DNA of 64,000 nucleotides, taken from NCBI GenBank assembly GCA_965247505.1, contig OZ252020.1:2539719-2603718 (forward strand). The letters are read 5' to 3'. Made by a program: the position numbers and the translations under genes. The notes under the pieces were generated by a model, which saw only the letters and a program-made list of their open reading frames with translations, was not told the origin of the DNA and searched no databases. This DNA comes from Micropepsaceae bacterium (GTDB lineage Bacteria; Pseudomonadota; Alphaproteobacteria; Micropepsales; Micropepsaceae). Position 1 is the first letter of the stretch, and each line of letters opens with the position of its first letter. Below are positions 27,595-38,677 of the stretch, piece after piece.

Positions 27595-29044
27595 AGGGGA
27601 TGTCCCGGTCGATGTTGAAAAGTTGAGGTAGGTGTCGCTCTCCTGGAGCCGTTAGGCTCCGGGTGCTGCAAACCCAAAAGGGAGAACGACACCATGGGAA
27701 ATAATATCCGTAGTTCCAGCCGCCCGAAAGCCCTTGCCCCCTCGATTCCTATGCCGCCGCTGGCGGACGCGATGGACGCAGTCCATCTCAGCGTGGATCG
27801 GTTTTGTCTTCTGGCCGGGGTCTAGGCCTTGGCCGAGATGATGGAGGAGGACGCCACGACCGTGTGCGGGGCCCGACATCGCCGCCATGGGGACCGTCGA
27901 GGTTATCGCTGGGGCAGGACACATAGCGAGATCGGCTACCACGGCGGCAAAGTGAAGGTGGCCCGGCCACGGGTTCGTGACCGGGCGGGCAAAGAGGTGA
28001 GCTTGGAGAGTTGGCAGGCGCTACGCGATGCCAACCTGCTACTCGAGTGGGCGCTCAACCTGATGGTGCTGAACGTGTCGATCCGCAAGTACCACCGCGC
28101 GGTCCGTCTGCCCGAGGGCGACCTGGCGAAAGCGCGTGGCGACGGCACCTCGAAGTCGGCCGTTTCCCGGCGCTTTGTGGCGCTGTCACGCAAGAAGATG
28201 AAGGCCTGGCTCGCCTCGGATCTCTCGGAACTCGACCTGCTAGTCATCCAGATCGACGGTCTGCATGTCGGCGACCATGTCCTGATGGCGGCGATCGGCG
28301 TCGATGGCAACGGCGACAAGCATGTCCTGGCCGTGGTCGAGGGGGCGACGGAGAACACGGTCGTCGTCCAGGCCTTGATCGACAATCTCCTCGCCAGGGG
28401 GCTCGATCCGACACTGCCGCGGCTGTTCATCGTCGATGGCGCGAAGGCACTCAGCAAAGCGATCCGAAACACCTTCGGTGTGGCCGCCGCCATCCAGCGC
28501 TGCCAGGTCCACAAGGGCCGTAACATCATCGGGCGCCTGCCCCAACATTTGCACGCGAGCGTCAAGAAGGCGCTCCGTCAGGCCTGGGACCAGGACGACG
28601 CAAACAAGGCCGAGCGGCTCTTGCGCAACCTGGTCCGGCGTCTGGAGCATGAGGAACCGGGCGTCTCGGGCAGCATCCTGGAGGGGCTGGAGGAGATCCT
28701 CACCGTCATCCGCCTCGGCCTACCGCACGAACTCCGGCGCTCGCTCGCCTGCACTAACATCGTCGAGAACGCGCTCGGCACGGTGCGCCAGGTCACCCGC
28801 AACGTCAAACGCTGGAGACACGCCGAGATGGCGCTCAGATGGACCGCCGCCGGCCTGCTGGAGGCCCAGAAAACCTTCCGTCGCCTCAAGGCCTATCGCC
28901 AGCTGCCCATCCTCCGAAATGCTCTCCAGGAACACTTGAGAAAGGCTCAGGCCGACAGTGCCATTGAAACCATCATGAAGGCAGCATAGCATCATCAACC
29001 AGCGACGCCTGCCCCACGAATTTCAACAGAGATAGGGACATCGC
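27595..29044 (+). mobile_element. IS256-family insertion sequence with an 8-bp target site duplication CCTATTCG
   Basis: Direct repeats CCTATTCG at 27587-27594 and 29045-29052. The imperfect terminal IRs are TGTCCCGGTCGATGTTGAAAAG... and ...CTTTCAACAGAGATAGGGACA. The transposase is of the mutator/IS256 type (GYRWGRTHSEIGYHGGKVKVARPRVRD). Confidence 0.7.
27694..28989 (+). pseudogene. IS256-family transposase with an in-frame TAG at 27823-27825
   Basis: The ATG at 27694 reads MGNNIRSS...LSVDRFCLLAGV-TAG-ALAEMMEEDATTVCGAR. The stop falls within the conserved N-terminal region of the family, and the downstream 386 codons are intact. Confidence 0.6.
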
Positions 29045-29658
29045 CCTATTCGCGCGATATCCGTCTCAGTGCAGAACGTCTTCTCACCTTGGTGAACGAA
29101 TTGCTGGACTTGGCGCGCATCGAAGCCGGTCAACTTAAGCTGGAGTCTAATGATGTCGCGCTGGAGCCATTGGTTGAGGAGTGTGTGCGGCTACTTCAAC
29201 CCGAGGCGACGAAGTATTCTCTCACCCTCGAGAAAGAAATTTCGACCGAGCTTCCCAATGTCATTGGTGACTTGCGTTCGCTCCGTCAGGTGCTGATCAA
29301 TCTAGTTACCAACGCGATTAGATTTACCGGCGAGGGCGGGTGCATAAGCGTGTCAGCCCAGCTGGCCGATGACGGCGCGCTGATTGTTTGCGTCGCCGAT
29401 ACCGGCATCGGCATGAGCAACCGCGAAGTGCAACAGGCGTTAGAGCCGTTCGGGCAGATCGAGGGAGCCGCTCAGCATGGAGACGAAGGGCCGGGCTTGG
29501 GCCTTTGCGTTGCCAAAGCGCTGGCGGAAGCGAACATGGCCGAGTTTCGGATCATGGGCGAGCCGCGCCGCGGCACTCAGGTTGAATTGCGCTTTCCGCC
29601 CGAACGGGTTCAAGAAGTGAAAGAAGGCGGCTCCGACGCCACTGCAGCCACCGGATAG
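29045..29658 (+). pseudogene. Sensor histidine kinase, 3' portion (HATPase_c), continuation of 26677-27594
   Basis: AYSRDIRLSAERLLTLVNELLDLARIEAG (X-box), then the N-box LINLVTNAIRF and the G-boxes DTGIGM and GLGL. Confidence 0.7.
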
Positions 29659-29776
29659 GCTCCGCTTTGGCCTCGCAGCGCCTTTTGCCGGATTTGTGCT
29701 AGATCAAATTATTCGGCTAAATGTCTTGGGATATTGATCCGACGCCCAGCCAAAATGCGGGCGCATTGGAGGCACC

Positions 29777-29884
29777 ATGTTCCCACTGGATTTTATGGAA
29801 TCTTACTTGATGCTAGTTTTCATTATTTTCATGACCCTTATTGTCATTGGCGTCGGTACGCTTGCGCGCAAGGGCGGGGAATAA
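29777..29884 (+). CDS. Small hydrophobic peptide (35 aa), hypothetical
   Basis: GGAGG lies 5 nt upstream of the ATG at 29777. Translation is MFPLDFMESYLMLVFIIFMTLIVIGVGTLARKGGE. The segment is AT-rich and is followed by a hairpin plus T-tract at 29983-30013. Confidence 0.3.
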   Translation: MFPLDFMESYLMLVFIIFMTLIVIGVGTLARKGGE

Positions 29885-29982
29885 TAGGAAACAGAATAAT
29901 TCGCGATAGCGAAAAATCATTCGCTCAATCGCTGAGGACGGCCCGGCAGTTGGCAGTTGGCAATGGGCTGGGGGCGAATAAG

Positions 29983-30013
29983 GGCCGGGAATTTCCCGGT
30001 CCTTATTTGTTGT
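29983..30013 (+). terminator. Rho-independent terminator-like hairpin (GGCCGGGAATTTCCCGGTCC followed by TTATTTGTTGT)
   Basis: Perfect 7-bp stem with an AATTT loop, followed by a T-rich tract. Confidence 0.45.
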
Positions 30014-30099
30014 GGGCCTGTGGGTCGGCTTTTTTCGGTCTTCATTTGCGCGTCCCCCCCTTCCGTTCGCCTCAGCCCTGCGGGCTGTTCCGAACACCT

Positions 30100-30155
30100 G
30101 CCCCCTCAAGGGGGGAAGGAAAGTTCGAGTGGTTCCTCCCCCCTTGAGGGGGAGG
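30100..30155. repeat. GC-rich inverted repeat or hairpin downstream of the minus-strand gene 30180-30620
   Basis: Arms of about 18 bp (CCCCTCAAGGGGGGAAGG and CCTCCCCCCTTGAGGGG) separated by about 15 bp. It could be a terminator or a REP-like element. Confidence 0.5.
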
Positions 30156-30179
30156 ATGCCCGAAGGGCAGGAGGGGGGT

Positions 30180-30620
30180 CTACAAGCCCGTCTCACGGGT
30201 CTGCATAATACGCCAGCCGGAGTTTCGTCCCACGGCTTGGGCGGGGACTTCCTCGCCATTGGGAAAACGCATGATTCCGCTTCCCGGAAACCGTCCTTCA
30301 TAGGACCAGCCCTCTGCGGTCTCGATTTTGCCTTGGCCCAAAAGTCTCCCCTCGGAAAAATTTCCCGAATCGCGCCCAAGAAATTCATCGACCTCATACC
30401 AGGTGAGAACGCCTTCGCCTTCGATAAGACCGTTCACGCAGGCCCCACTCCAGACGATGGTCTCATTTGGAACCGGCGAGGGATTGGCGGCAAGACAGCC
30501 CGTGGCTTTATCCGCGATCCAATAGGGATCCTCGGCGGAAAGAGCGTCTTGTGCGTAGGCATTGGATGCAATGCCGGCACAAAGAATCGCTGCGATCATT
30601 AATGAGTTGCGACAAATCAT
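30180..30620 (-). CDS. Secreted protein with MORN-like repeats (hypothetical)
   Basis: Signal peptide MICRNSLMIAAILCAGIASNAYAQ. Gly/Trp/Tyr-rich repeats GEGVLTWYEV, GQGKIETAEGWSYEGRF and GSGIMRFPNGEE follow. Confidence 0.45.
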   Translation of the reverse strand: MICRNSLMIAAILCAGIASNAYAQDALSAEDPYWIADKATGCLAANPSPVPNETIVWSGACVNGLIEGEGVLTWYEVDEFLGRDSGNFSEGRLLGQGKIETAEGWSYEGRFPGSGIMRFPNGEEVPAQAVGRNSGWRIMQTRETGL

Positions 30621-30637
30621 TTGCGCTCAATAGCATA

Positions 30638-31030
30638 TTATCGCTCGCCTGGCCTTAGCCAAATCCAAAACCAGATAGTGAGGCCCAGGCCTAGGAGATA
30701 AAGCGGGGCAAAAATCGCTAGCGGGATCGGCCAGTATACGGCAGCAGAAATAAACGCATCGATCCAGAAGGGCTCGCGCGGCGCAGCACTTGCGCGCTCA
30801 AAGGCGCTCGTAATTGCCGTCAGAAAACAATATTGGCCCAAAGCTGCCTGCACTGCGACCAGCGCCATGGAAATAACATGCAGCGCCCGCCACCAAAAGA
30901 CGCGCACAAAACGCCAGGCAAAGATTTTTCCAAGCGGGATGAAGATGAGCCCGCCAATATTGAACACGACCACAGCAAAGTGAAGATAAAGCGTCAGCCG
31001 CGCGAGCATCAATGCGAGATCTGGATCCAT
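30638..31030 (-). CDS. Small integral membrane protein (hypothetical)
   Basis: 130 aa with four hydrophobic helices. Any DUF assignment is tentative. Confidence 0.5.
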   Translation of the reverse strand: MDPDLALMLARLTLYLHFAVVVFNIGGLIFIPLGKIFAWRFVRVFWWRALHVISMALVAVQAALGQYCFLTAITSAFERASAAPREPFWIDAFISAAVYWPIPLAIFAPLYLLGLGLTIWFWIWLRPGER

Positions 31031-31047
31031 TCGCGTTCACCGTTCTT

Positions 31048-31102
31048 TGTCATTCCCGGCCCAGCCACTCAGCACGCCTGAGTGGCTGGGCCGGGAATGA
31101 CA
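31048..31102. promoter_or_regulatory. Perfect 25-bp inverted repeat with a 5-nt spacer, in a divergent intergenic region
   Basis: TGTCATTCCCGGCCCAGCCACTCAG-CACGC-CTGAGTGGCTGGGCCGGGAATGACA. It lies 18 bp upstream of the start of the minus-strand membrane protein gene. Confidence 0.6.
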
Positions 31103-31306
31103 GAGTATTTGTTGCGTCGCTATCGTGCTCCCAGGTTGTCGTTAGCGAAGCTATCCTTCTGTTTCGGCGGCCCAATCGACCGGCCATCCAGGGAGTGTCG
31201 GGCTCTACAAGCTTCACGGAATGTATGTGCCATGCCATCTAAATCCACCGACAATCCATGGACATCATTTTAGGTCCGTTCCTCACTCAACAAGAAGAAG
31301 AAGAAA

Positions 31307-32695
31307 ATGAACAGCTTCTCTGATGCCGCCGTAGTATTGGTTTTAGTTGCGGTGGGGTGGATTTGCCTCTCCATCCTCTTTCGTTCCGTTGTCCCCACCA
31401 ACACGGTCCACATTGTGCAGTCGCGCAAGAAGACCACGTCCTATGGCACCGGCCGGTCCGGCAGCAATGTCTACTATGCTTGGCCACGGTGGCTTCCGAT
31501 TATCGGTGTCACTGTGATCAGGCTTCCGGTCTCAAACTTCGATTTGTCGCTCCTGGAATACGAAGCCTACGACTTGGACCGGGTTCCTTTTATGGTCGAT
31601 GTCGTGGCGTTCTTCAGTATCGAGAAAACGGGCATCGCCGCACAACGCGTCGAAAGCATAGAAGAGCTCGAATCCCAACTCACGCAAATCGTGCAGGGCG
31701 CGGTTCGTAAAGTTCTCGCTTCTGCGATAATCGACAAGATCATGCTCGAGCGTGCACAATTCAGGCAAGCATTTACTGACGAAGTATCCGCACAACTAGA
31801 AGAATGGGGCGTGGAGCCCGTCAAATCCATGGAACTCATGGACATCCGCGACGGTCACGGCAGTCAGGTCATCTCCAATATCATGGCGAAGAAAATGTCG
31901 CACATCGAGATGGAGAGCCGTTCGGAAGTCGCCAACAATATGAAGACGGCTGAAACAGCGGAAATCGAAGCCAAACAGATTGTTGATGTTCGTCGACAAG
32001 AAGCCGAACAAGTCGTCGGCGAGCGCACGGCCGAGAAAGAAAAGGCCGTCGGAATTGCTGAGCAACAATCGCGTCAGGAAGTACTGACTCAGGAAAAAGA
32101 AACTCGGACGCGTGATATGCTTGTTACGCGTGTGGAGCAGGTCAATCAGGCGGAAATCACCAGAGACGAACAAGTGGTTGTCGCAGAACAAGACCGGAAG
32201 ACTCGGGTCATCGTCGCCGAAGGGATGCTCGAAGCTAAGCGGCGCGAAGCAGAAGGTATCGAGGTTGAAGGATCGGCTCTAGCGACCGCTGAAAAACTCA
32301 TGCAGCTTGCTCCGGTGGAAGCGCAAATCGTGCTTGCCAAAGAAATCGGTCAAAATCCGCGCTACCAAAACTATCTCGCCATTATCGAAGCCGTCAAAGC
32401 GCACATCATCGTGGGCAGCAAGCAAGCGGACGCTCTGACTGCAGCCGAGATAAAGGTCATCGCCAATACGGGCTCGCCCTCCGAAGGGGTAAGCGACGTG
32501 ATGGACCTACTCTCCACCGAGGGCGGTACTAAAATGGCGGGTATGGTTGAGGCATTTGCTCAGACCCCGATGGGAAAGATGGTTTTTTCTAAAATCGGTA
32601 TTGCAGAGGACACTCCGGAGGACACTCCGGAGTCGGCTCCGACGGGCGTGTACACCGTGAAGATGTCTGACAAAGATTTCCAGTCGTCTGAATAA
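31307..32695 (+). CDS. Flotillin-like SPFH/band-7 domain protein
   Basis: N-terminal TM segment, SPFH domain and a long coiled-coil region rich in EA/EQ repeats. The C-terminal EDTPEDTPES is encoded by a 12-bp tandem duplication. Confidence 0.8.
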   Translation: MNSFSDAAVVLVLVAVGWICLSILFRSVVPTNTVHIVQSRKKTTSYGTGRSGSNVYYAWPRWLPIIGVTVIRLPVSNFDLSLLEYEAYDLDRVPFMVDVVAFFSIEKTGIAAQRVESIEELESQLTQIVQGAVRKVLASAIIDKIMLERAQFRQAFTDEVSAQLEEWGVEPVKSMELMDIRDGHGSQVISNIMAKKMSHIEMESRSEVANNMKTAETAEIEAKQIVDVRRQEAEQVVGERTAEKEKAVGIAEQQSRQEVLTQEKETRTRDMLVTRVEQVNQAEITRDEQVVVAEQDRKTRVIVAEGMLEAKRREAEGIEVEGSALATAEKLMQLAPVEAQIVLAKEIGQNPRYQNYLAIIEAVKAHIIVGSKQADALTAAEIKVIANTGSPSEGVSDVMDLLSTEGGTKMAGMVEAFAQTPMGKMVFSKIGIAEDTPEDTPESAPTGVYTVKMSDKDFQSSE

Positions 32696-32841
32696 TTCTC
32701 AAAAACTTTCGAGAAATTGTCAAGATATTGAATTGCGCACCGCATGTTTAAACCCGCGGCGGGCCGGAAGCTGTCAGTTCATTACTGTCTTAGCACAACC
32801 CGTGCCCTCCGTTTTTGATCAGACCTAACCAAGGAGCGCGG

Positions 32842-33129
32842 TCACGTACATACAATCTCCTGTCTTAGAAATCCTCCATCCGGTTGCCTCGTAAAGAGTT
32901 CATATATTCCATTGCAAGTCTCGTCCGACCCCATATTGTAACAAATTAGATAATCACCATTAGAATTTACAAACCAATCTGAGGATTCCGAAATCGGAGC
33001 GATTTCATGATTGGATTTCGGCTCAACGCGCACCCAAATAGGTGAAGCCAAATCAAACTCACATGAACTAGATCCAGCTGCCGCACACCCTGCAGCAACA
33101 AAACAGACAATGATAATTAAGCTCCTCAT
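32842..33129 (-). CDS. Small secreted/lipoprotein-like protein in an AT-rich islet (hypothetical)
   Basis: MRSLIIIVCFVAAGCAAAGSSSCEF is a signal peptide with a lipobox-like AGC. The surrounding 32.7-33.4 kb has visibly lower GC than its flanks. Confidence 0.35.
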   Translation of the reverse strand: MRSLIIIVCFVAAGCAAAGSSSCEFDLASPIWVRVEPKSNHEIAPISESSDWFVNSNGDYLICYNMGSDETCNGIYELFTRQPDGGFLRQEIVCT

Positions 33130-33399
33130 GGCGTCCAATCCGCACCTATAGTGGGGCAGCTCCAGCTAGTTGCGGTCGAATTCCCACAACTCTGAGTTCG
33201 GCGTCCGAATAATCCTGGACCGCGAGGTCCGTACCGATGATTCCCATGACTATCGAACACGTAAACATCTTTGCAGTTAACATGATTATCTCCCAAATTG
33301 AGATGGGAGTCTTTATCGTGATCCAATAAGCAGGGGTCCATCTTTCTGAAACCGGCGCTGGTCGAGAATTCTCGCCACGCGTCGCGTGCGTTAAATGGC

Positions 33400-34018
33400 T
33401 CACTCCCTTGGTCTCTGCGCTACCAAATCGATCAGCGCCGATAATCCGCTATGACGTTTGCCCTCGTTGATCTCGCAATCATATTCGGCGATGTCGATAA
33501 TTTCCCAATCGGAGAAACGCTCTTCTAAAAGCTCTCTTGTGGTGAGCTGTTCCAAGATTTCGGGTCCGCCGGTTTTATATTCCATCTGTTTGGGGCCATA
33601 GCCTTCCATCAAGATAAGCCCGCCCGGCTTCACAGCGCGTTTCATGTCTGAAAATAATTGTCGGCGCTCATCGGGCGTGGCGAATTGAATGAAGATGGCG
33701 ACAATCGCGTCGTAGCGGCTTGTAGGCCAATCCCAACTAAGAACATCGGCTTTCTCGATTTGCATGGCCACATTGCGCGCTTCGGCGAGGCGTCTCGCCT
33801 TGGCGATGGCATTGTCGGAAAAATCGACGGAATGAACCTTCATGCCTTTTTCGGCGAGATAGACGCCGTTGCGTCCCTCGCCATCGGCAAGCGCGAGCAC
33901 TGCGCTTGCCGGCTTGAGGCGCCGCGTTTCGGCCCTCAAAAACCGTTGGGCGCGGTTCCGAAAAGGTAATCGCGAATGGCGTAGCGCGTGTTCCAGCGCT
34001 CATAATCAGCCTTGCTCA
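33400..34018 (-). pseudogene. Class-I SAM-dependent methyltransferase (TehB-like) with an apparent frameshift at an A5 homopolymer (33938-33942)
   Basis: The ATG at 34018 reads MSKADYERWNTRYAIRDYLFGTAPNGF-stop. The +2 frame continues as LRAETRRLKPASAVLALADGEGRNGVYLAEKG...GGLILMEGYG, a SAM-binding fold. One extra T in the coding-strand T5 run would fuse the two frames. Confidence 0.5.
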
Positions 34019-34144
34019 TAGGCGTGCCCCCCAGGGCAACTGGTCAAGCTAGTAGACCCAGTATGACAAGCGGACGCCGCTAGGCAAAAGAAAAAGGGCC
34101 GGAATTTCTTCCGGCCCTCATCAACTTTAGCGCTAAAGGCTGGA

Positions 34145-35851
<1,707 letters not shown>

Positions 35852-36166
35852 TTAGCGGGATTTTTTCTTAGCCTTACCGGCCTCGATGACGCCCATGATG
35901 TCGGACTCCTTCATAATGATGAGGTCCTCGCCGTCGATTTTCACTTCGGTGCCCGACCATTTGCCGAACAACACGCGCTCGCCGGCTTTGACTTCCGGGG
36001 CGACGCGTTTGCCCTTGTCGTCGAGTGCTCCAGGGCCGACCGAGACGATCTCGCCTTCCTGCGGCTTCTCTTGGGCGGTGTCGGGGATAATGATCCCGCC
36101 GGCGGTCTTTTGCTCCTCCTGGACGCGGCGGACGACCACACGGTCTCCGAGCGGACGAAATTTCAT
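35852..36166 (-). CDS. groS: Co-chaperonin GroES
   Basis: 104 aa of GroES sequence ([14 protein letters not shown]...), located upstream of groL. Confidence 0.95.
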   Translation of the reverse strand: MKFRPLGDRVVVRRVQEEQKTAGGIIIPDTAQEKPQEGEIVSVGPGALDDKGKRVAPEVKAGERVLFGKWSGTEVKIDGEDLIIMKESDIMGVIEAGKAKKKSR

Positions 36167-36224
36167 AGGGATGCTCCCTCCGTTAGAATTAGAAATATCA
36201 ATGGGTTAAGGTCTTTTTCCCAAA

Positions 36225-36254
36225 TTGGCAGCACTCTCACCTAGAGAGTGCTAA
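36225..36254. promoter_or_regulatory. CIRCE operator (HrcA binding site) upstream of groES
   Basis: TTGGCAGCACTC-N9-GAGTGCTAA matches the CIRCE consensus TTAGCACTC-N9-GAGTGCTAA. It lies about 60-90 bp upstream of the groES start. Confidence 0.8.
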
Positions 36255-36484
36255 CCCATGAGCGGGTAGTTAGGGTGAGGCAGGGGCATCGTCAAGGGAC
36301 GCGCAGGCGTTTTTTGGAAGATTTATTGCTGGAGTGAGGGAGGAAAGAGGGCCGAAGGCCCGACTGGGGCGCCGAGCGAGCCCTAAATTTGGCCCCACAG
36401 AAGCTGACGAATTTGTTCAGATTGGGTTCAGTCAGAGGGCATTATCGTGAGAGATGTGCAGGGTTATATGAGAGGAGATGAGCC

Positions 36485-36997
36485 ATGAAATCCCTCGTTA
36501 AAATCGCTTTCGGAGCGTTGATATTGAGTGTTTCGGCGTTGGCCGCAGCCCAGCCCGCCAATGCGGCCTCAAGTTTTAGCTTTTCATATGGCTATGGTGG
36601 TCCGCCGGGCGCCGTTCACCATAATCCGTGTTATCGGCCATATTATGCGCGTCCGCGCTATTGCCGCTATCCGCTCTATCGAGGGCGGGTCTTCTTCGGC
36701 GGCGCCTGGCATCACGGTCCGTTTCACTTTCGCGACTATGGTGGCCATCGCCATTATTGGCATGGCGGGCGCTGGAATCGCGGCTCTTTGCGCGCGGGCC
36801 CGAGATTTCGCAGAAACTTTAACGGTGGCGTTAATCGCGGTTTCAACCGTGGCCCTAACCGTGGCTTCAATCGCGGCTACAACCGTGGGCCTAATCGTGG
36901 CTACAACCGGGGCTATAACCGAGGCTTCAGTCGTGGCTTCAATCGCGGGAACCGCGGTCAGCGCGGTCAGCGTGGGTATCGGCGCGGCAGGCGATAA
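36485..36997 (+). CDS. Secreted low-complexity protein with a C-terminal [FYP]-N-R-G tetrapeptide repeat array
   Basis: Signal peptide MKSLVKIAFGALILSVSALAAAQPANA. A His/Tyr/Arg-rich middle region is followed by NRGFNRGPNRGFNRGYNRGPNRGYNRGYNRGFSRGFNRG. These are 12-bp tandem DNA repeats at roughly 36830-36960. Confidence 0.5.
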   Translation: MKSLVKIAFGALILSVSALAAAQPANAASSFSFSYGYGGPPGAVHHNPCYRPYYARPRYCRYPLYRGRVFFGGAWHHGPFHFRDYGGHRHYWHGGRWNRGSLRAGPRFRRNFNGGVNRGFNRGPNRGFNRGYNRGPNRGYNRGYNRGFSRGFNRGNRGQRGQRGYRRGRR

Positions 36998-37134
36998 GCC
37001 AAAGCGATAGCGCATCCGATAAGGCGTCTAGGGAAACCAGGCGCCTTATCTTTTGGTTGGACTCTCTCGGAGGCTTTTTGCGCCCGTGAAACCGCGCGCC
37101 TCGTCTGCTAGCGTATCAAGGCAATAAGAACCTA

Positions 37135-38490
37135 GTGCCCACGGACATACCCGCTTCCATGACCTCTCCCAACACACCGAATAATCTTGATGCGTTTTGG
37201 ATTCCCTTCACGCCAAATCGCCATTTCAAGAGCCATCCGCGCCTTTTGGCCAGTGCTTCGGGCATGTATTACGAAGACCAATCGGGCCGAAAAGTTCTCG
37301 ACGGTATTGCCGGTCTCTGGTGCGTGAATGGAGGCCATTCGCCCAAACCGATCGCCGAAGCCGTAGCGCGCCAGGCGCGTGAGCTGGATTTTGCTCCTTG
37401 TTTTCAGTTTGCTCATCCCAAGGCTTTTGAACTTGCGACGCGCATCGCCGCTCTTGCACCCGAAGGTCTGGATCATGTTTTCTTCGTCAATTCCGGTTCG
37501 GAAGCCGCCGATACAGCCTTGAAGATCGCCCGCGCTTATTGTGGCCGAACGGGCGAGGGCACGCGCTATCGCCTCATTGGGCGCGAGCGTTCCTATCACG
37601 GAGTTAATTTTGGTGGCATTTCGGTTGGTGGCATCGGCAATAACCGTCAGGCGTTCGGTCCACTTATTCCGGGTACGGACGATCATCTGCCCTTGCCCTA
37701 TAATCATACGCGCGACGTCTTCACCGAGGGCGAATATGGCTATGATGATTCCTATGCCGAGGAATTGGAGAGTCTTGTCGCGCTGCAAGGCGCATCCACG
37801 ATTGCAGCCGTGATTGTTGAGCCGATGACGGGGTCCGGCGGTGTTTTCCCGACGCGTCGCGGTTATCTGCAGCGGCTTCGCGAGATATGCGACAAATATG
37901 AAATTCTGTTGGTTTTCGACGAGGTGATTACGGCGTTCGGGCGTCTTGGACATGGTTTTGCGGCCGAACGCTACGGCGTGGTTCCCGACATGATCTGTTT
38001 TGCCAAGGGCGTTACCAATGGAACGATTCCGCTTGGTGGGGTGGTCGTATCTAAGAAAATCTACCAGGCGTTTTTGCAAGAAGCCGATCATGCCATCGAT
38101 ATTTTTCATGGCCACACCTATAGCGGCCATCCGATGGCCATGGCGGCGGGATTGGCTGCGCTTGAGTATTATCGCGACGAAAATCTTTTCGAACGGGCTA
38201 AGGAGATGGAGCCGGTGCTGTGCCAGGCCGTGCATGCTTTGGAGCGCGATCCCCATGTGCACGATATCCGCAATGTCGGGATGGCCGCCGCGATCGAGCT
38301 TCGCCCCGACAAAGAGGCGCCCGGAAAGCGCGGCTATGAGGCAATGATAAGCTGTTTCGAGGAGGAAAATCTGGTGGTGCGCCTCTCGGGCGATACTTTG
38401 GTCCTTTCGCCGGCATTGATCGCCAGCGAAGACGAAATTGGCCGAATGGCCGAGGCGATCCATGCCGTGTTGGGGCGTATGGCCGAGTAA
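37135..38490 (+). CDS. Class-III (omega) aminotransferase, beta-alanine/omega-amino acid--pyruvate transaminase type
   Basis: 451 aa with a PLP-binding region containing the Lys-bearing motif DEVITAFGRLG. The architecture is the typical class-III fold. Confidence 0.85.
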   Translation: MPTDIPASMTSPNTPNNLDAFWIPFTPNRHFKSHPRLLASASGMYYEDQSGRKVLDGIAGLWCVNGGHSPKPIAEAVARQARELDFAPCFQFAHPKAFELATRIAALAPEGLDHVFFVNSGSEAADTALKIARAYCGRTGEGTRYRLIGRERSYHGVNFGGISVGGIGNNRQAFGPLIPGTDDHLPLPYNHTRDVFTEGEYGYDDSYAEELESLVALQGASTIAAVIVEPMTGSGGVFPTRRGYLQRLREICDKYEILLVFDEVITAFGRLGHGFAAERYGVVPDMICFAKGVTNGTIPLGGVVVSKKIYQAFLQEADHAIDIFHGHTYSGHPMAMAAGLAALEYYRDENLFERAKEMEPVLCQAVHALERDPHVHDIRNVGMAAAIELRPDKEAPGKRGYEAMISCFEEENLVVRLSGDTLVLSPALIASEDEIGRMAEAIHAVLGRMAE

Positions 38491-38677
38491 AATCCGGCAG
38501 TTTTATTGCCGTTAGGAGATTTATTTTGCTGATCTGGTCATAAATCTGCCGCACCTTGTGGCATAGTGGAACGGCACGAAGTGTTCCTGGAGGGGATCAA
38601 CCCCGTGCGCGCATCGTTATGCAACGCGAACGGAATTCATGAGGTCATATTTTAGATATCGAATTGGAGATTGAGTG

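Noticed and set aside
29734-30147. 137-aa plus ORF and a 194-aa minus ORF in the 29.7-30.4 kb gap
   Set aside because: Both run through the hairpin and terminator structures and overlap the better-supported MORN-like gene. Their translations are Pro/Arg/Gly low complexity. Only the 35-aa ORF with a GGAGG RBS was kept, at low confidence.
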